From a virus (Duplodnaviria; Caudoviricetes), in the IMG/VR virus record IMGVR_UViG_3300045976_000031, positions 413-64,412 of that record: 64,000 bases of DNA; one strand, 5' to 3'. A program made the translations under genes and the position numbers. Positions 45,595 through 55,631 of the stretch are shown in pieces. Position 1 is the stretch's first letter; the number at the start of each line of letters is the position of its first letter. Under the pieces are notes generated by a model that ran no database searches, had not been told where the DNA came from, and saw only the letters and a list, made by a program, of their open reading frames with translations.

Positions 45595-46644
45595 TTACGC
45601 GACCTTGATGCTGAAGGTTGCGTTCGGCTCGCGCGGGACCATCAGCGGGGCCGATTGCGTCAGCAGGTATTCCTGCGACGGGTCTTGCTCGCGCCAGTTC
45701 TTGAAGAACGTGTCGAGCGAACGGAAGCCGGCTTCCGCGTCCATGATCGCGCCGAAGCAGCGAACGCCCTGCACCATGTCGGACACGCCGACGACGGTGT
45801 TCTGGTCCAGGTAGAACGCTTCCAGGCCGGTTTCCGGGTCGATGTACTTGGTCGTGTCGACCCAAAATTCCATGCGACCCTGACCGTTCAGGCCGGCCAT
45901 CGAACCCATGTATTCCACGGTGTCGCCGTAACCGTCGTTGATGAGCGTGACGTTCGTGTTCTGGCCCGCGCCGCGATTCAGGCTGTTCATCAGTTCCTTC
46001 AGGTCGACGCGCTGGCAGAACAGTTCCCAGGCGTTCGCGCCGAAGATGTAGCGCGAGATGCGCGCGCCCGACAGTTCGTTCGCACCGACGCGACCTTCGC
46101 GCAGGTCCTTCAGCGGATCGGCGGTGGACTGGTCCCATTTCGCTGCGCCGGTCAGAACGATGGTCAGGTCCGGGTCGCGGCGGAAGTCGACCAGTTGCGA
46201 CGGGTAGTCTTCGCCTTCGATGGTGACTTTGCCGTCGATGATGGCGCGAGCACCCAGCCAGTTCCAGGTGTTGTTGATCTTGACCTTCTGGCGGCGCAGC
46301 AGTTCGGCGATCACGGCGTTGCGGCGCTGCTCGATGGTCAGCGAACCACCCAGCGCTTCACCGGCTTGACGCTCGATGTGCATGGTGTAGTCCACGATGT
46401 CCTTCTGCTTCGAGTAGGCCGGCGTGAAGGTGTCGGCCTCGAAGCCTTCCAGGCGTTGCGGGCGACCGGCGACGTTCGGCACGACGAACGGTGCCAGCTT
46501 ACGGTCGTCGCCGTACACGCGCTCGAACAGGATTTTGCGGCCGTCGAAGTTGATCTGGCCGGGGAAGAAGGTCAGCCAGAAAGCCGGTGCGGTTTTGATG
46601 CGACGCTGCACGGCTTGCAGGGTGTAGAGATCGAAGATGTCCAT
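45595..46644 (-). CDS. major capsid protein (lambda gpE family)
   Basis: 349 aa; LAPFV.P, F.PAY.K.K, TQSAPLMVP motifs. Confidence 0.92.
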   Translation of the reverse strand: MDIFDLYTLQAVQRRIKTAPAFWLTFFPGQINFDGRKILFERVYGDDRKLAPFVVPNVAGRPQRLEGFEADTFTPAYSKQKDIVDYTMHIERQAGEALGGSLTIEQRRNAVIAELLRRQKVKINNTWNWLGARAIIDGKVTIEGEDYPSQLVDFRRDPDLTIVLTGAAKWDQSTADPLKDLREGRVGANELSGARISRYIFGANAWELFCQRVDLKELMNSLNRGAGQNTNVTLINDGYGDTVEYMGSMAGLNGQGRMEFWVDTTKYIDPETGLEAFYLDQNTVVGVSDMVQGVRCFGAIMDAEAGFRSLDTFFKNWREQDPSQEYLLTQSAPLMVPREPNATFSIKVA

Positions 46645-46686
46645 TTTTATCTAGGTTCCTATTTTCGGTAATGGGGATGCCTGCGA

Positions 46687-47079
46687 TTACAGCAGGTGGC
46701 CGACCATGAGCATCGTGCCGGTCAGGAACGCCTTGCGTTCCAGGTACGTGTCCAGGGCGGTGCCAGTCGGCCAGATGACGGCTTCGTGGTTGAACTTGCC
46801 GGCGTTCCAGTACGGGACCGATTGACCGGCCAGGGTCGGTTGCGCGGTGATGACGGCCTGCTGCGCGGTGTGCGTGCCGGGCACGAAGCGCACCAGCGTG
46901 CCGTCAGCGGCCAGCGCCGCCAGTTCGTATTTCTGGAAGTCGACCGCGCCGATGGCGGCGTCGGTGACGACCGGCGCACCGCCGATCCACAGTTGGAACG
47001 GGCCGGGACGCGAGCCGACGTGCGCGGTGCCTGCCAGGTCCGAGCGCGGATCGAGCGGGCGTTGTTCGATTTCAGCCAT
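46687..47079 (-). CDS. head decoration protein (gpD-like)
   Basis: between the protease and capsid genes; Y..G.FN.EA..WP. Confidence 0.8.
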   Translation of the reverse strand: MAEIEQRPLDPRSDLAGTAHVGSRPGPFQLWIGGAPVVTDAAIGAVDFQKYELAALAADGTLVRFVPGTHTAQQAVITAQPTLAGQSVPYWNAGKFNHEAVIWPTGTALDTYLERKAFLTGTMLMVGHLL

Positions 47080-47117
47080 GATTCAATTCTCCGTTTGCGT
47101 TGATGGGGAAGGCGGGA

Positions 47118-47570
47118 TTATGCCTTGTCGGCCAGCTTGACGCCGCTGGCGCGCTCGTAGTCGGCCATGATCTGCGCCGCTGCATTCGGCTTCTCGCCGC
47201 CTTGCGCAGCTTGACCGGGCAGGGTGCCGTCAGCGCCGACTTGCGGGTTGCCGGTGCGGCTCATGGCGGCAGCGAAGCCGCTGTCGGCCGGCTGCTGTTG
47301 CTGTGCAGGTGCGGCTGCGGCGTCCGGGCCGGCCACGGCCAGCATTGCCTTCGCGTCGGCCAGCGACATGTTCGTGTTGAATGCCAGGTGGTTCGCCATC
47401 TTCGACTTGCCAGCGGCTTCCTCGCAATTGAGGATGCCCTGCACGCGGTCGCGCTCGGCTTTCTGCACTGCGGCCTGGTCGACGGTGCCAGCGTTTGCGG
47501 CCGGTGCCGGTTGAACGGTTGCTGCCGGTTGGCCTGCGGCCGGTTGGTTGTTGCCTTGCGTCGGGTCCAT
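47118..47570 (-). CDS. nested scaffolding protein (Nu3-like), in-frame internal start
   Basis: AAGGA RBS before MDPTQG; Ala/Gln-rich; AERDRVQGIL motif. Confidence 0.65.
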   Translation of the reverse strand: MDPTQGNNQPAAGQPAATVQPAPAANAGTVDQAAVQKAERDRVQGILNCEEAAGKSKMANHLAFNTNMSLADAKAMLAVAGPDAAAAPAQQQQPADSGFAAAMSRTGNPQVGADGTLPGQAAQGGEKPNAAAQIMADYERASGVKLADKA

Positions 47571-48485
47571 CGTGGTTTCCTTTTCTTTCGAGAGTTGAAC
47601 GTCAGAGTCGTCGGCTTCTTCCGAGTCATCAATGATTGATTGCAGCGCCGCAGATGGTACTGCAATTGCATGCACCAGGCCGAGTTTCATTGCGTCGTCG
47701 GCTCGGTACGTGCGCGCCTCGGTATCATAAACGACCTTCTCGTCCAGACCCAAGTTGCGCGCCACGAGCGAAACGAATTTCGCGCGCGATTTGTCGACGC
47801 CGGCCTGGATGTCTTTCTTCACGGCCGGGTCGAGTTTTTCGTACGGGTTGCCATCCACCTTGTGATCGCCCGAGTGGATGAACGTGATGTTGATGCCCCA
47901 ATCCGACAGCATCTTCGACATGTCGACGTGCATTGCGACGACACCGATGGAGCCGACGCCGGAACTCGGCGTGACGAAGATTTTGTCGGCCGCCGATGCC
48001 AGCGCCATCGACGCGGAATAGCAGTTGGAATCGACCACGGCGATGATCGGCTTGTCGCCGCGCGACTCGTAGATTTCATCGGCCAGTTCAAAGCAGCCGG
48101 CCGCTTCGCCGCCGTACGAGTTGTGGTCGTGCACGATGTACTTCACGTCCGGGTCCAGCTTCGCCGCGTTGTGCTGGTTGCGGATGAAGTTGTATCCGGT
48201 GACGTAGCCGTAGCTCGCGCCGAAGCGGTTGATGAGGGTGCCGTGGACCGGGATGATCGCGAAGCCATCGGCGAACGCGAACGGCTTGGATTGCTCGCGG
48301 CGCGAGAAGCCGTACGCCTCGCACAGTTCATGCCGCGTCTCGGTCAGGAACTTCTCGCGTGCTGCGGCCGGATCGGTCGCGGCCATCTTCGCCAGGTCTG
48401 CGGCGAGTCCCTGGTAGTGGTGTGCGATGAACACTTCATGCAGGTTCATTCGCGAAAGTGCGCTACGCGCGGCCTGGTCACTCAT
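47118..48485 (-). CDS. S49 prohead protease (gpC-like)
   Basis: NSYGGEAAG, CYSASMALAS, GSIGVV, GNPYE motifs. Confidence 0.92.
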   Translation of the reverse strand: MSDQAARSALSRMNLHEVFIAHHYQGLAADLAKMAATDPAAAREKFLTETRHELCEAYGFSRREQSKPFAFADGFAIIPVHGTLINRFGASYGYVTGYNFIRNQHNAAKLDPDVKYIVHDHNSYGGEAAGCFELADEIYESRGDKPIIAVVDSNCYSASMALASAADKIFVTPSSGVGSIGVVAMHVDMSKMLSDWGINITFIHSGDHKVDGNPYEKLDPAVKKDIQAGVDKSRAKFVSLVARNLGLDEKVVYDTEARTYRADDAMKLGLVHAIAVPSAALQSIIDDSEEADDSDVQLSKEKETTMDPTQGNNQPAAGQPAATVQPAPAANAGTVDQAAVQKAERDRVQGILNCEEAAGKSKMANHLAFNTNMSLADAKAMLAVAGPDAAAAPAQQQQPADSGFAAAMSRTGNPQVGADGTLPGQAAQGGEKPNAAAQIMADYERASGVKLADKA

Positions 48486-50178
48486 TGGTGGTTTCCTCCT
48501 TGTTGTCGTCAGTGGCCTTATTGTCCTTCATCGTCTTCTGCGCGTCGTTCGCGCCAGGCTGCGTCGCATCCTGGTTGAAGGTCAGACCCAATTCCCGCAT
48601 CATTCGCTGCTCGCGTGCCTGCTGGCGGAACGTGCGGCGGAAGTCTTCGCCGAGGCGTGCCGACTCGGCCTGGTAGCTTGACAGGCCGCCCTTGATTCGC
48701 ATGATCGCGGCCTGCGTTTCCTTCAGTTCGTCGATCTGGCCGCGCGATGCGCCGATCCACTGGCACGAGCAAATTGCCTCGCGTTTGATGGCGTCGTAGA
48801 ACGCCTTCTGGAAGTCGACGCGGGACATCCCTTTCGGCATCGGCATGTCGCTCTTGAAGTAGTTGACATCCTCTTCGAGCCACAGCATGTACATCATCGT
48901 CGCCAGCTTGTCGGCCACGGTCTTCTTCCGCGACTGCATGAACTTCCACGTCTCGGCCATCGACGCGCGAGCGGACGAGTAGTTCGTCTTCGTGTAGTCC
49001 TTACTGAACTGTTCGTACGACAGGCCCAGCGGCGCGGCGATGTGGCGCAGCAGCGATTCCTCGAACTGCGTGCCAACGCCGCCCGGCGTTCCTGCGTTCT
49101 TCAGGTTCAGCTTCGTGCCGGGGAACAGGTGCGGCATCTTCACGCCGTCGATGGCGATGTTCTCGGATGCGCCCACGTACGCGGTCAGCGCGGCCATGTA
49201 CTGCCCCAGCATGTCACCGAGGCCGGCCTGCCCTGCGCCCATCGACGCGAACACCACGTCGGACGGCAGTTCGGATTCGATGGCCGCCGCGTACGTCGCA
49301 TTGACCACCGCGTTCTGCAACGTGATGTCCGCGAATTTCTTGGTCATCTTCATCTGCTTCAGCACGGACACCATGTCGCTGATCCCGCGCGTCTGATCCG
49401 GTTGCAGGCGGTCGGCGATGTGAAGCACCTGGCGACGGCCCCACGGCTTGCGGGCCTCGACGCGCTTCCAGGTCGGGATGTCATCCATCGGGTACAGGTC
49501 GCCCGGATGCGCTGTGCGGATGAAGTACGCGATGGGTCCGCCGTACGCGTCGCGCTCGATGCCGCGCCGGATCGTCGCCGTATCCATCTGCCCGTCCGGG
49601 TTCGACAGGCGCGTCGGCGACACCATCTGGATCGCGGTGTAGAACGGACGCTCGGGTCGGTTGTCCAGCCACTCGGCCGTGCCCAGCACCTCGCCGGTCA
49701 TGACGAAGCCGCCGATGGCGAGGCGGATGATGTCGGTGAACGTCATGTTGCCGCCCGCGTCGAACCAGTTGTCGGTGGACTCGGCCAGCAGGTTGAAGCG
49801 CGCCTCGACGTATTCGGTCCATTCCTCGGCCCAGGCTTCATCGGCCCCGATCACCTTCCAGTCCGGCGTGCAGATCAGGCGGTATTGCGCGCCCACGATG
49901 CTGTCGCGGTGCGTGTGGACCGCGCCGGTAGTCAGCCCGTCGTTCTGCACGGCGTCACGGCTGCGCGCGTCGGCGATCTCCTTCACCTGGTTGATCTGCG
50001 CATCCGGCGAGATGATCGGCGGCGTCCAGGACATCATCTCGCGGCTGTTGCGTGCAGCACCTTCGATGCCACCACCCATCGCCTTCTCGCTCACGCCGGT
50101 CACGACAACGGAGCGGCCCGGAACATCAATTACATCGGCACTTGCGGCGGCCGATTTGCTCGTGCGTGTCTTTGCCAT
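48478..50178 (-). CDS. portal protein (lambda gpB family)
   Basis: QTRGIS, DYTKTNYSSARAS, IDELKE motifs. Confidence 0.93.
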   Translation of the reverse strand: MAKTRTSKSAAASADVIDVPGRSVVVTGVSEKAMGGGIEGAARNSREMMSWTPPIISPDAQINQVKEIADARSRDAVQNDGLTTGAVHTHRDSIVGAQYRLICTPDWKVIGADEAWAEEWTEYVEARFNLLAESTDNWFDAGGNMTFTDIIRLAIGGFVMTGEVLGTAEWLDNRPERPFYTAIQMVSPTRLSNPDGQMDTATIRRGIERDAYGGPIAYFIRTAHPGDLYPMDDIPTWKRVEARKPWGRRQVLHIADRLQPDQTRGISDMVSVLKQMKMTKKFADITLQNAVVNATYAAAIESELPSDVVFASMGAGQAGLGDMLGQYMAALTAYVGASENIAIDGVKMPHLFPGTKLNLKNAGTPGGVGTQFEESLLRHIAAPLGLSYEQFSKDYTKTNYSSARASMAETWKFMQSRKKTVADKLATMMYMLWLEEDVNYFKSDMPMPKGMSRVDFQKAFYDAIKREAICSCQWIGASRGQIDELKETQAAIMRIKGGLSSYQAESARLGEDFRRTFRQQAREQRMMRELGLTFNQDATQPGANDAQKTMKDNKATDDNKEETTNE

Positions 50179-50181
50179 GAT

Positions 50182-50436
50182 TTAGAAAATGAAGCGGGCC
50201 GGGCCAGCGACGCGCAGGGCGGCCGGCACGACTGCGAGTTGAGATTCGAGCGACATGATGTACGCGTACAGCGTGCCCTTGTTCGCTGCGGTGAATTCCA
50301 CGCGCTCGCCGTTCTGGTCGACGATCACGCGGGCCTGGCCGCCGATGGCGAGTTGATGGTACGCGGCGCGTGCGTCCTTCAGATTCGCTTCCAGCAGCGC
50401 GCGCTGTTCTGGTGTAAGTGGTGTGGCGATAATCAT
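50182..50436 (-). CDS. head completion protein gpW-like
   Basis: ARAAYHQL..G...V.QNGERVEFT.AN...L..YI..LE. Confidence 0.88.
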   Translation of the reverse strand: MIIATPLTPEQRALLEANLKDARAAYHQLAIGGQARVIVDQNGERVEFTAANKGTLYAYIMSLESQLAVVPAALRVAGPARFIF

Positions 50437-50446
50437 AGTGGTTCCC

Positions 50447-52510
50447 TCAAGCTAGGGCGTTAGCCATTTCGGCAAAATTGAATCGCGATTTTACCCCACC
50501 GGCGAATGGCTTTTCCTGGTCAGGCGAGCGCACAAAGTCGTTCGTGTCCCATTCGGACGCCCATCGCGGCGGGTTATTCCAGTCGATGCTATCGACCCGG
50601 ATGTACTGCGAGATGCACACGCCGATGCAATAGTAGGACAAGTCCCATGCCTCATTGCGCACGGTCGTATTGTGCTCCCATCCCTTCGGCGTCCGGTTCT
50701 CCGCGCACATCTCGGCGTAGAAGCTGTCTGCCAGCCAGTCCGGCGTGCGATACATGCCCTTGCCCGGCTCGATGCAGTCCAGGCGCGCGTCGAGGTCGTC
50801 CTTCAGCAGATTCGAGTTGAAGAACAGGACCGGGATGTCGCCGCGCGCGCCCGTCTTGCTGTCCTTCCGGTTGCTGTCCGGGTAGTTGACGCGGGTGCGC
50901 GGATTGCCCGGCTTCGGATCACCCTTCACGAGCACGAAACGCTGGTGGCGGTTCAGCTTTACCAGCTTGCGCCAGAACTGGTACGCCATGCCGGTGACGC
51001 CTTCCTGACCGCCCGAGTCGCACGCGGTGATCTTGATCGACATGAGCCGGCCGCTGTCGTCGGCGAGCGGATATTCCTTATCCATGACGTGCTCGATAAG
51101 CTGGTCCCAATCGTCCAGGTACGAGGCCGGCTTGACCCACAGCGGATCGCCTTCATCGTCCACGCGCTTCGACTTGCGCACGTCGAATCGGTCGATCAGC
51201 ACCATGTCGAACGGCGTGCCAGGCATGATGCCGAACACCTGCACGACCCACATGTTTTTCTGCACGTCGACGGTGGCGACCAGGAAGCGCACACCCTCGG
51301 GCACGACGCGCTCGCCCAGCGAATGCTCGGCCCTGGCCTTCAGTGTCTCGGGCAGGCGAATCTCGCTGTGCTTGCGGCTGTAGTACGGCTCGCCCAGGTC
51401 GTTGTTGTAGAACTTCTTCAGGGATTCCTCGGTGCCGGTGCGCTCGAAGTCGTCGCACGCGTCCAGGTACATCACGACCAGCTTCTTCCACGACACGAAC
51501 GCAGCGGCAACGCCGCGCAGCCAGAACGACGCGATCAGCGAGCGGATCGAGCGGCCGAACTTGCGGCCACGGTCGTCGATGGCCTCGCCGTCCTTCAACC
51601 ACATGCCCCAAAGGTTCATCTCGTAGCGGTCATCGGGCACGATGTGGTGCGCGCACTTCGGGCATTCCATATAAACCGTTTCCGCCGCGTCCAGGTTCGA
51701 CATGCCCGGCTTGCGGTCGTACTTCAGCATCTCGAACTTACCCTCGAAGTAGTGATCGCAGCATGGGCACGGCCAGTACCAGCGGCGGCGGTCGCCACGG
51801 TTGTACAGGCCGATGATCCCGTCGCACGGCGGTGCTTCGTGCGGCGTGCGCGCGATCCACTTGATGTCCTTCACCTCGCGCGACGGCGACGATTCGGCCA
51901 CGCACATCGCATTCGAGCCGAAGGTCGTGGTTCGCTTCATCGCCAGGTCGAACGGCTCGCCGTCGCCGTCCACGTCGTCCGGCATACGGTCACGGTCGGT
52001 CAGCACCACGCGGCCGATTGGCTTACCTGCCAGTTCGGTCGGCGTCGGCCAGGACAGCGACAGCATCATGCCGGTGTTGTACAGCTTGTCGAACTTGTTG
52101 TCGTTGTCCGCGCCCGGCGTCAGCATCTTCCCGATCTCGGGTGAGTAGCGGTTCAGGCGGTCGATACGGCGCATGGAGAAGTCGCGGGCCGCCGTGTTCG
52201 TCGGGCACACGATCATCATGTCCATCGGGTCGATCTTGATGGAATAGAGCGTGGTGTTGATGACCAGGGCGTCCGTCTTCGCCGACTGCGCCGGCCCGAC
52301 GAAGATCATGCCGGTGTAGTTCGTCGACGCGAACACGTTCATCGGCTCGACCATGTACGGCGTCGTCGTGTTGAACCAGGGACCCACGTACGCGCCTGGC
52401 GAATTCACGATCCGGTACTTGTGCGCCGCGTCGGCCACGGTGGTGCGCTCGGGCGGGCGCAGCATCTCCGCGCACGACAGCGCGATCTGTTCTACGGAAT
52501 TAAAGTTCAT
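50447..52510 (-). CDS. terminase large subunit (lambda gpA family, cos-type)
   Basis: TPYMVEPM, AQSAKT, GDRRRWY.PCP.C, VDVQ, RNEAWDL; start MNFNSVE. Confidence 0.95.
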   Translation of the reverse strand: MNFNSVEQIALSCAEMLRPPERTTVADAAHKYRIVNSPGAYVGPWFNTTTPYMVEPMNVFASTNYTGMIFVGPAQSAKTDALVINTTLYSIKIDPMDMMIVCPTNTAARDFSMRRIDRLNRYSPEIGKMLTPGADNDNKFDKLYNTGMMLSLSWPTPTELAGKPIGRVVLTDRDRMPDDVDGDGEPFDLAMKRTTTFGSNAMCVAESSPSREVKDIKWIARTPHEAPPCDGIIGLYNRGDRRRWYWPCPCCDHYFEGKFEMLKYDRKPGMSNLDAAETVYMECPKCAHHIVPDDRYEMNLWGMWLKDGEAIDDRGRKFGRSIRSLIASFWLRGVAAAFVSWKKLVVMYLDACDDFERTGTEESLKKFYNNDLGEPYYSRKHSEIRLPETLKARAEHSLGERVVPEGVRFLVATVDVQKNMWVVQVFGIMPGTPFDMVLIDRFDVRKSKRVDDEGDPLWVKPASYLDDWDQLIEHVMDKEYPLADDSGRLMSIKITACDSGGQEGVTGMAYQFWRKLVKLNRHQRFVLVKGDPKPGNPRTRVNYPDSNRKDSKTGARGDIPVLFFNSNLLKDDLDARLDCIEPGKGMYRTPDWLADSFYAEMCAENRTPKGWEHNTTVRNEAWDLSYYCIGVCISQYIRVDSIDWNNPPRWASEWDTNDFVRSPDQEKPFAGGVKSRFNFAEMANALA

Positions 52511-53114
52511 CGTCGTCCTCGTGTTTCGGTGCGCCGCCGCGCGCGGCAAACACTGCATCCTCCGCTTGCTCGATCACCTGCGGATTCGTCGGTGCCTTGC
52601 TGAATTCCTCCTTCACTGCGCGGTACAGTTCTTCCAGCATGCCGTCGCCCAGCGACTTCACCAGGTGGCGTTGCCGGTCGGTGAGTTCGGCCTGGCGGTC
52701 CACCGCGTCGGCCATCAGGCGGATGCTCATCTTCACCATCTTCATCAGGCCGCCGATCACCTCGACCACGCGCGTCGTCGGCCACAGGTTGCCTTCGCGC
52801 TGCTCGTATTCCTGGCGCGAGCGCAGGCCGGCCCAAAACTCTTTCGTCAGGTGCTTCGGCAGATCGTTGTGGTGCATCCGCTTAATGTATTCCTCGATCT
52901 CGTACGCCGGCTTCACGAGATAGGGTGCTACCTCGTGCACCTGGTAGATGTTCACGCCGTTGCGTTCGCCGCTCGGCTTGCATCCGCCCTTTTCCAGCTT
53001 CTCGACCAGGACGCGGTGATCCATGCGAAACAGGTTGCCGAGTTGCGACAGGTTCGCGCCGTCGTACAGGATCGCGCGTGTGGTGTCGTCGGTTGCGTCA
53101 GTTCTTTTTGCCAT
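52500..53114 (-). CDS. terminase small subunit, ends DDDEL
   Basis: directly upstream of and overlapping TerL; N-terminal HTH-like segment; LP..L.KEFW motif. Confidence 0.8.
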   Translation of the reverse strand: MAKRTDATDDTTRAILYDGANLSQLGNLFRMDHRVLVEKLEKGGCKPSGERNGVNIYQVHEVAPYLVKPAYEIEEYIKRMHHNDLPKHLTKEFWAGLRSRQEYEQREGNLWPTTRVVEVIGGLMKMVKMSIRLMADAVDRQAELTDRQRHLVKSLGDGMLEELYRAVKEEFSKAPTNPQVIEQAEDAVFAARGGAPKHEDDDEL

Positions 53115-53322
53115 TGATTCGCTCGTCGATAAGTTGCACTCGGGCGCGCCTCGACAGGCGGCCGATGTCTTCGATGTGATTGAGGTGATACTGCTGAAGC
53201 GGGCGACTGCAATTGCGGTACGCCGCGTATGTGGAATAGGCGATGCCGATCACCTGGCATGCTCTCGGTGGATCGAGGCCCAGCATGTCCTCGAAGTCCA
53301 CCAGTGTCTTCAGTTCACTCAT
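53098..53322 (-). CDS. small Cro-like HTH protein
   Basis: ACQVIGIAYSTYAAYRN helix-turn-helix pattern; GAGG RBS. Confidence 0.6.
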   Translation of the reverse strand: MSELKTLVDFEDMLGLDPPRACQVIGIAYSTYAAYRNCSRPLQQYHLNHIEDIGRLSRRARVQLIDERINGKKN

Positions 53323-53388
53323 GTCCTCTCGCGTCTATTCATTGAATAGCAGCGATACTACACGATGCGGGGCCGAAGCCCCGGCTTG

Positions 53389-55335
53389 TCAAAGTTCGTC
53401 GTAGCAGTCGGACCCAGGACCGCATGGGCCGCCTGCGTCGCCGCAGTTCGGACAGCACTCGTGCGGCAGCAGGAATTCGTCGGGCACATCCAACTCGTCG
53501 ACTTCGACCAGGTTGCCGGCCTCGCTGCACACCGCCCATTCGCCGAGCGTCATCTGCGCGTAGCTGTCGCTCTCGGGATGGTAGTACCAGCGCTTCACGT
53601 CGTCGACGATCTCGTCTTCCAGCTTCACCTCGTCGCTCATCTTCGTGTCGGCCAGGATTTCGACAACCTGGTCCCAATCCGCGTCTTCTGGCTGCACCTT
53701 CTTCCGACCCTTCAGCAGCTTGCGCAGCTTCGTCCGCATGCGCTTCATGAGGCGGAACAGCATGTCCTGCGCGTCTTCCTTCGCGGTGAGCGCCTGCACC
53801 ACGGCCTCGTCGAGCGTGTCGCGGCACACCAGCAGATAGACCAGCACGCGGTGCTTCTGACCCTGGCGTGCGAGGCGGCCGATGAACTGAAGGTACAGTT
53901 CGAGCGACCAGGGGATGTCGTAGAACACGATGATGTGCCCGCCCTTTTGCAGATTGAGGCCGTGCCCGCCCGACGCCGGGTGCATCGCCAGGATCGGTAT
54001 CTTCCCGGCGTTCCACGGCTTCACGCATTTACCCTCGGCGTCCATGAAGGTGATCTTGGTGCCGAATGCCTTCTTCAGCCGGTCTTTCGATGCGCGGTGG
54101 TGGTAGCCGACCAGGATGTTCCGGCCCTGCGACTCTTCGATGATCTGCTTCAGTTCCTCCAACTTGTGCGTGTGAATCTGGTGAATCTTCTGAATTTTGA
54201 CGTGATCGTCCTCGTCGGTTTCACCGGGTTCCAGCTTCGTCTCGTACAGCACGCCGGACGCCATTTGCAGCAGCTTCGCCGACAGCGCCGCAGCCGTCTC
54301 GGCCTCGATCTCGCTGCCATCGTCGAGCGTGACCACCATGTCGGCTTCCATCTTGCGGTACAGGGCCATCTGCTCGGGCGACATCGTGACGTGGCGCGTG
54401 ACGAACAGCGGCGGCGTGCGCGGCAGGTAGTCCTCTTCCTTCATGACCAGGCAGATGTCGCTGATCTTCGCCAGGATCGCCGGCTCCGCGCCAGGCCGCA
54501 GCTTCCACTTCCGCGTGTAGCGGTTTTCGGTGAAGAACTCTTCGCGGAACCTGGTGATCTCTTTGCCGAAGCGCTTGCCGCCGTCGATCAGGTAAATCTG
54601 CGCGAACAGGTGCAGGTAGCTCTCGGCGGCCGGCGTCGCGGTCAGGATGTGCATGCGCGTGATGAAGCCCGGCTGATCGCGCACGGCCTGCAACGCCTTG
54701 AAGCGGGCCGCGTTGTGATCTTTGAAGCCGCTGGACTCGTCGATGATGACGGTCCTGTACGGCCATTTCAGCTTGCGCACGCGGTAGTAGGCCACGAGCC
54801 ATTCGACCCAATCGCGCGAGATCAGGTGCACGCTCGCCTTGCTCAACGTCGCGGCCTCGCGGATGTCCTCGCGCATCTGCGCCGCAGCGCGCGTGCCGGC
54901 CGCCTGCGCTTCCTTCTCGATCTCCGACTTGAACATGCGCAGGTTGGCGCATTCGGCGCGGCGCGCACGGATCGCGTCGCGGCTGGCGGCCTTCACGCGC
55001 GGATCATCGTCGTCGACGTGGATGATCGAGAGGTTCAGGTGGGCCAGGTGGTTCCACTTCCTGAATTCGTCCGGCCAGGTCTGCGTGGCGACGCGCAGCG
55101 GGCCGATCACGAGCACCGGGTTGTCGTCGACGAACTCGGCCACCAGGTCGGCGATGAGCGTGGCCGTGGTGACGGTTTTGCCGAGGCCCATGTCGATGAA
55201 GAGGCCCGAGAATGGGTTCTCCTTCAGGAACTTCAGGCCGGTGTTCTGGTATCCGTGCATCTGCTCGCGGTACAGTTCCACGTCCGCGAACTTCGCGCGG
55301 ATGCGCCGCAAAAAATGGTCTGCTACTACGCTCAT
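53389..55335 (-). CDS. SNF2-family helicase, ends YDEL
   Basis: DMGLGKT, IIDESS, LTATP, GHGLNLQ, QFIGRLARQGQ. Confidence 0.92.
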   Translation of the reverse strand: MSVVADHFLRRIRAKFADVELYREQMHGYQNTGLKFLKENPFSGLFIDMGLGKTVTTATLIADLVAEFVDDNPVLVIGPLRVATQTWPDEFRKWNHLAHLNLSIIHVDDDDPRVKAASRDAIRARRAECANLRMFKSEIEKEAQAAGTRAAAQMREDIREAATLSKASVHLISRDWVEWLVAYYRVRKLKWPYRTVIIDESSGFKDHNAARFKALQAVRDQPGFITRMHILTATPAAESYLHLFAQIYLIDGGKRFGKEITRFREEFFTENRYTRKWKLRPGAEPAILAKISDICLVMKEEDYLPRTPPLFVTRHVTMSPEQMALYRKMEADMVVTLDDGSEIEAETAAALSAKLLQMASGVLYETKLEPGETDEDDHVKIQKIHQIHTHKLEELKQIIEESQGRNILVGYHHRASKDRLKKAFGTKITFMDAEGKCVKPWNAGKIPILAMHPASGGHGLNLQKGGHIIVFYDIPWSLELYLQFIGRLARQGQKHRVLVYLLVCRDTLDEAVVQALTAKEDAQDMLFRLMKRMRTKLRKLLKGRKKVQPEDADWDQVVEILADTKMSDEVKLEDEIVDDVKRWYYHPESDSYAQMTLGEWAVCSEAGNLVEVDELDVPDEFLLPHECCPNCGDAGGPCGPGSDCYDEL

Positions 55336-55631
55336 TTCATCAACTCCTTAAACTGGTCCAGGTCGTCCAGGACGTGCACTTCCGCGCCGTGCTCGCGCAT
55401 TTCCCTGATCCTGCGGACCTGGATCGCGGACAGGCCGCTCTCGCCGCGACCTGGCCTCTTCCACTCGATCCACACCACCCGGCCGCGCCGGATGTAGCAG
55501 CGATCCGGCAGGCCGTTGAAGGTCGGCGATTCGACCTTGAACGTGAACCAGCCGCGCTTCTCCGCGTACTTGTGAGCCTTGCTGGTGTTATCGCTTTCCA
55601 GCGCCGGCTTCACGTCAAATATCTTCACCAT
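55332..55631 (-). CDS. VRR-NUC nuclease
   Basis: GLPDR...WIEWK.PG...LS..Q; start MVKIFD. Confidence 0.88.
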   Translation of the reverse strand: MVKIFDVKPALESDNTSKAHKYAEKRGWFTFKVESPTFNGLPDRCYIRRGRVVWIEWKRPGRGESGLSAIQVRRIREMREHGAEVHVLDDLDQFKELMK

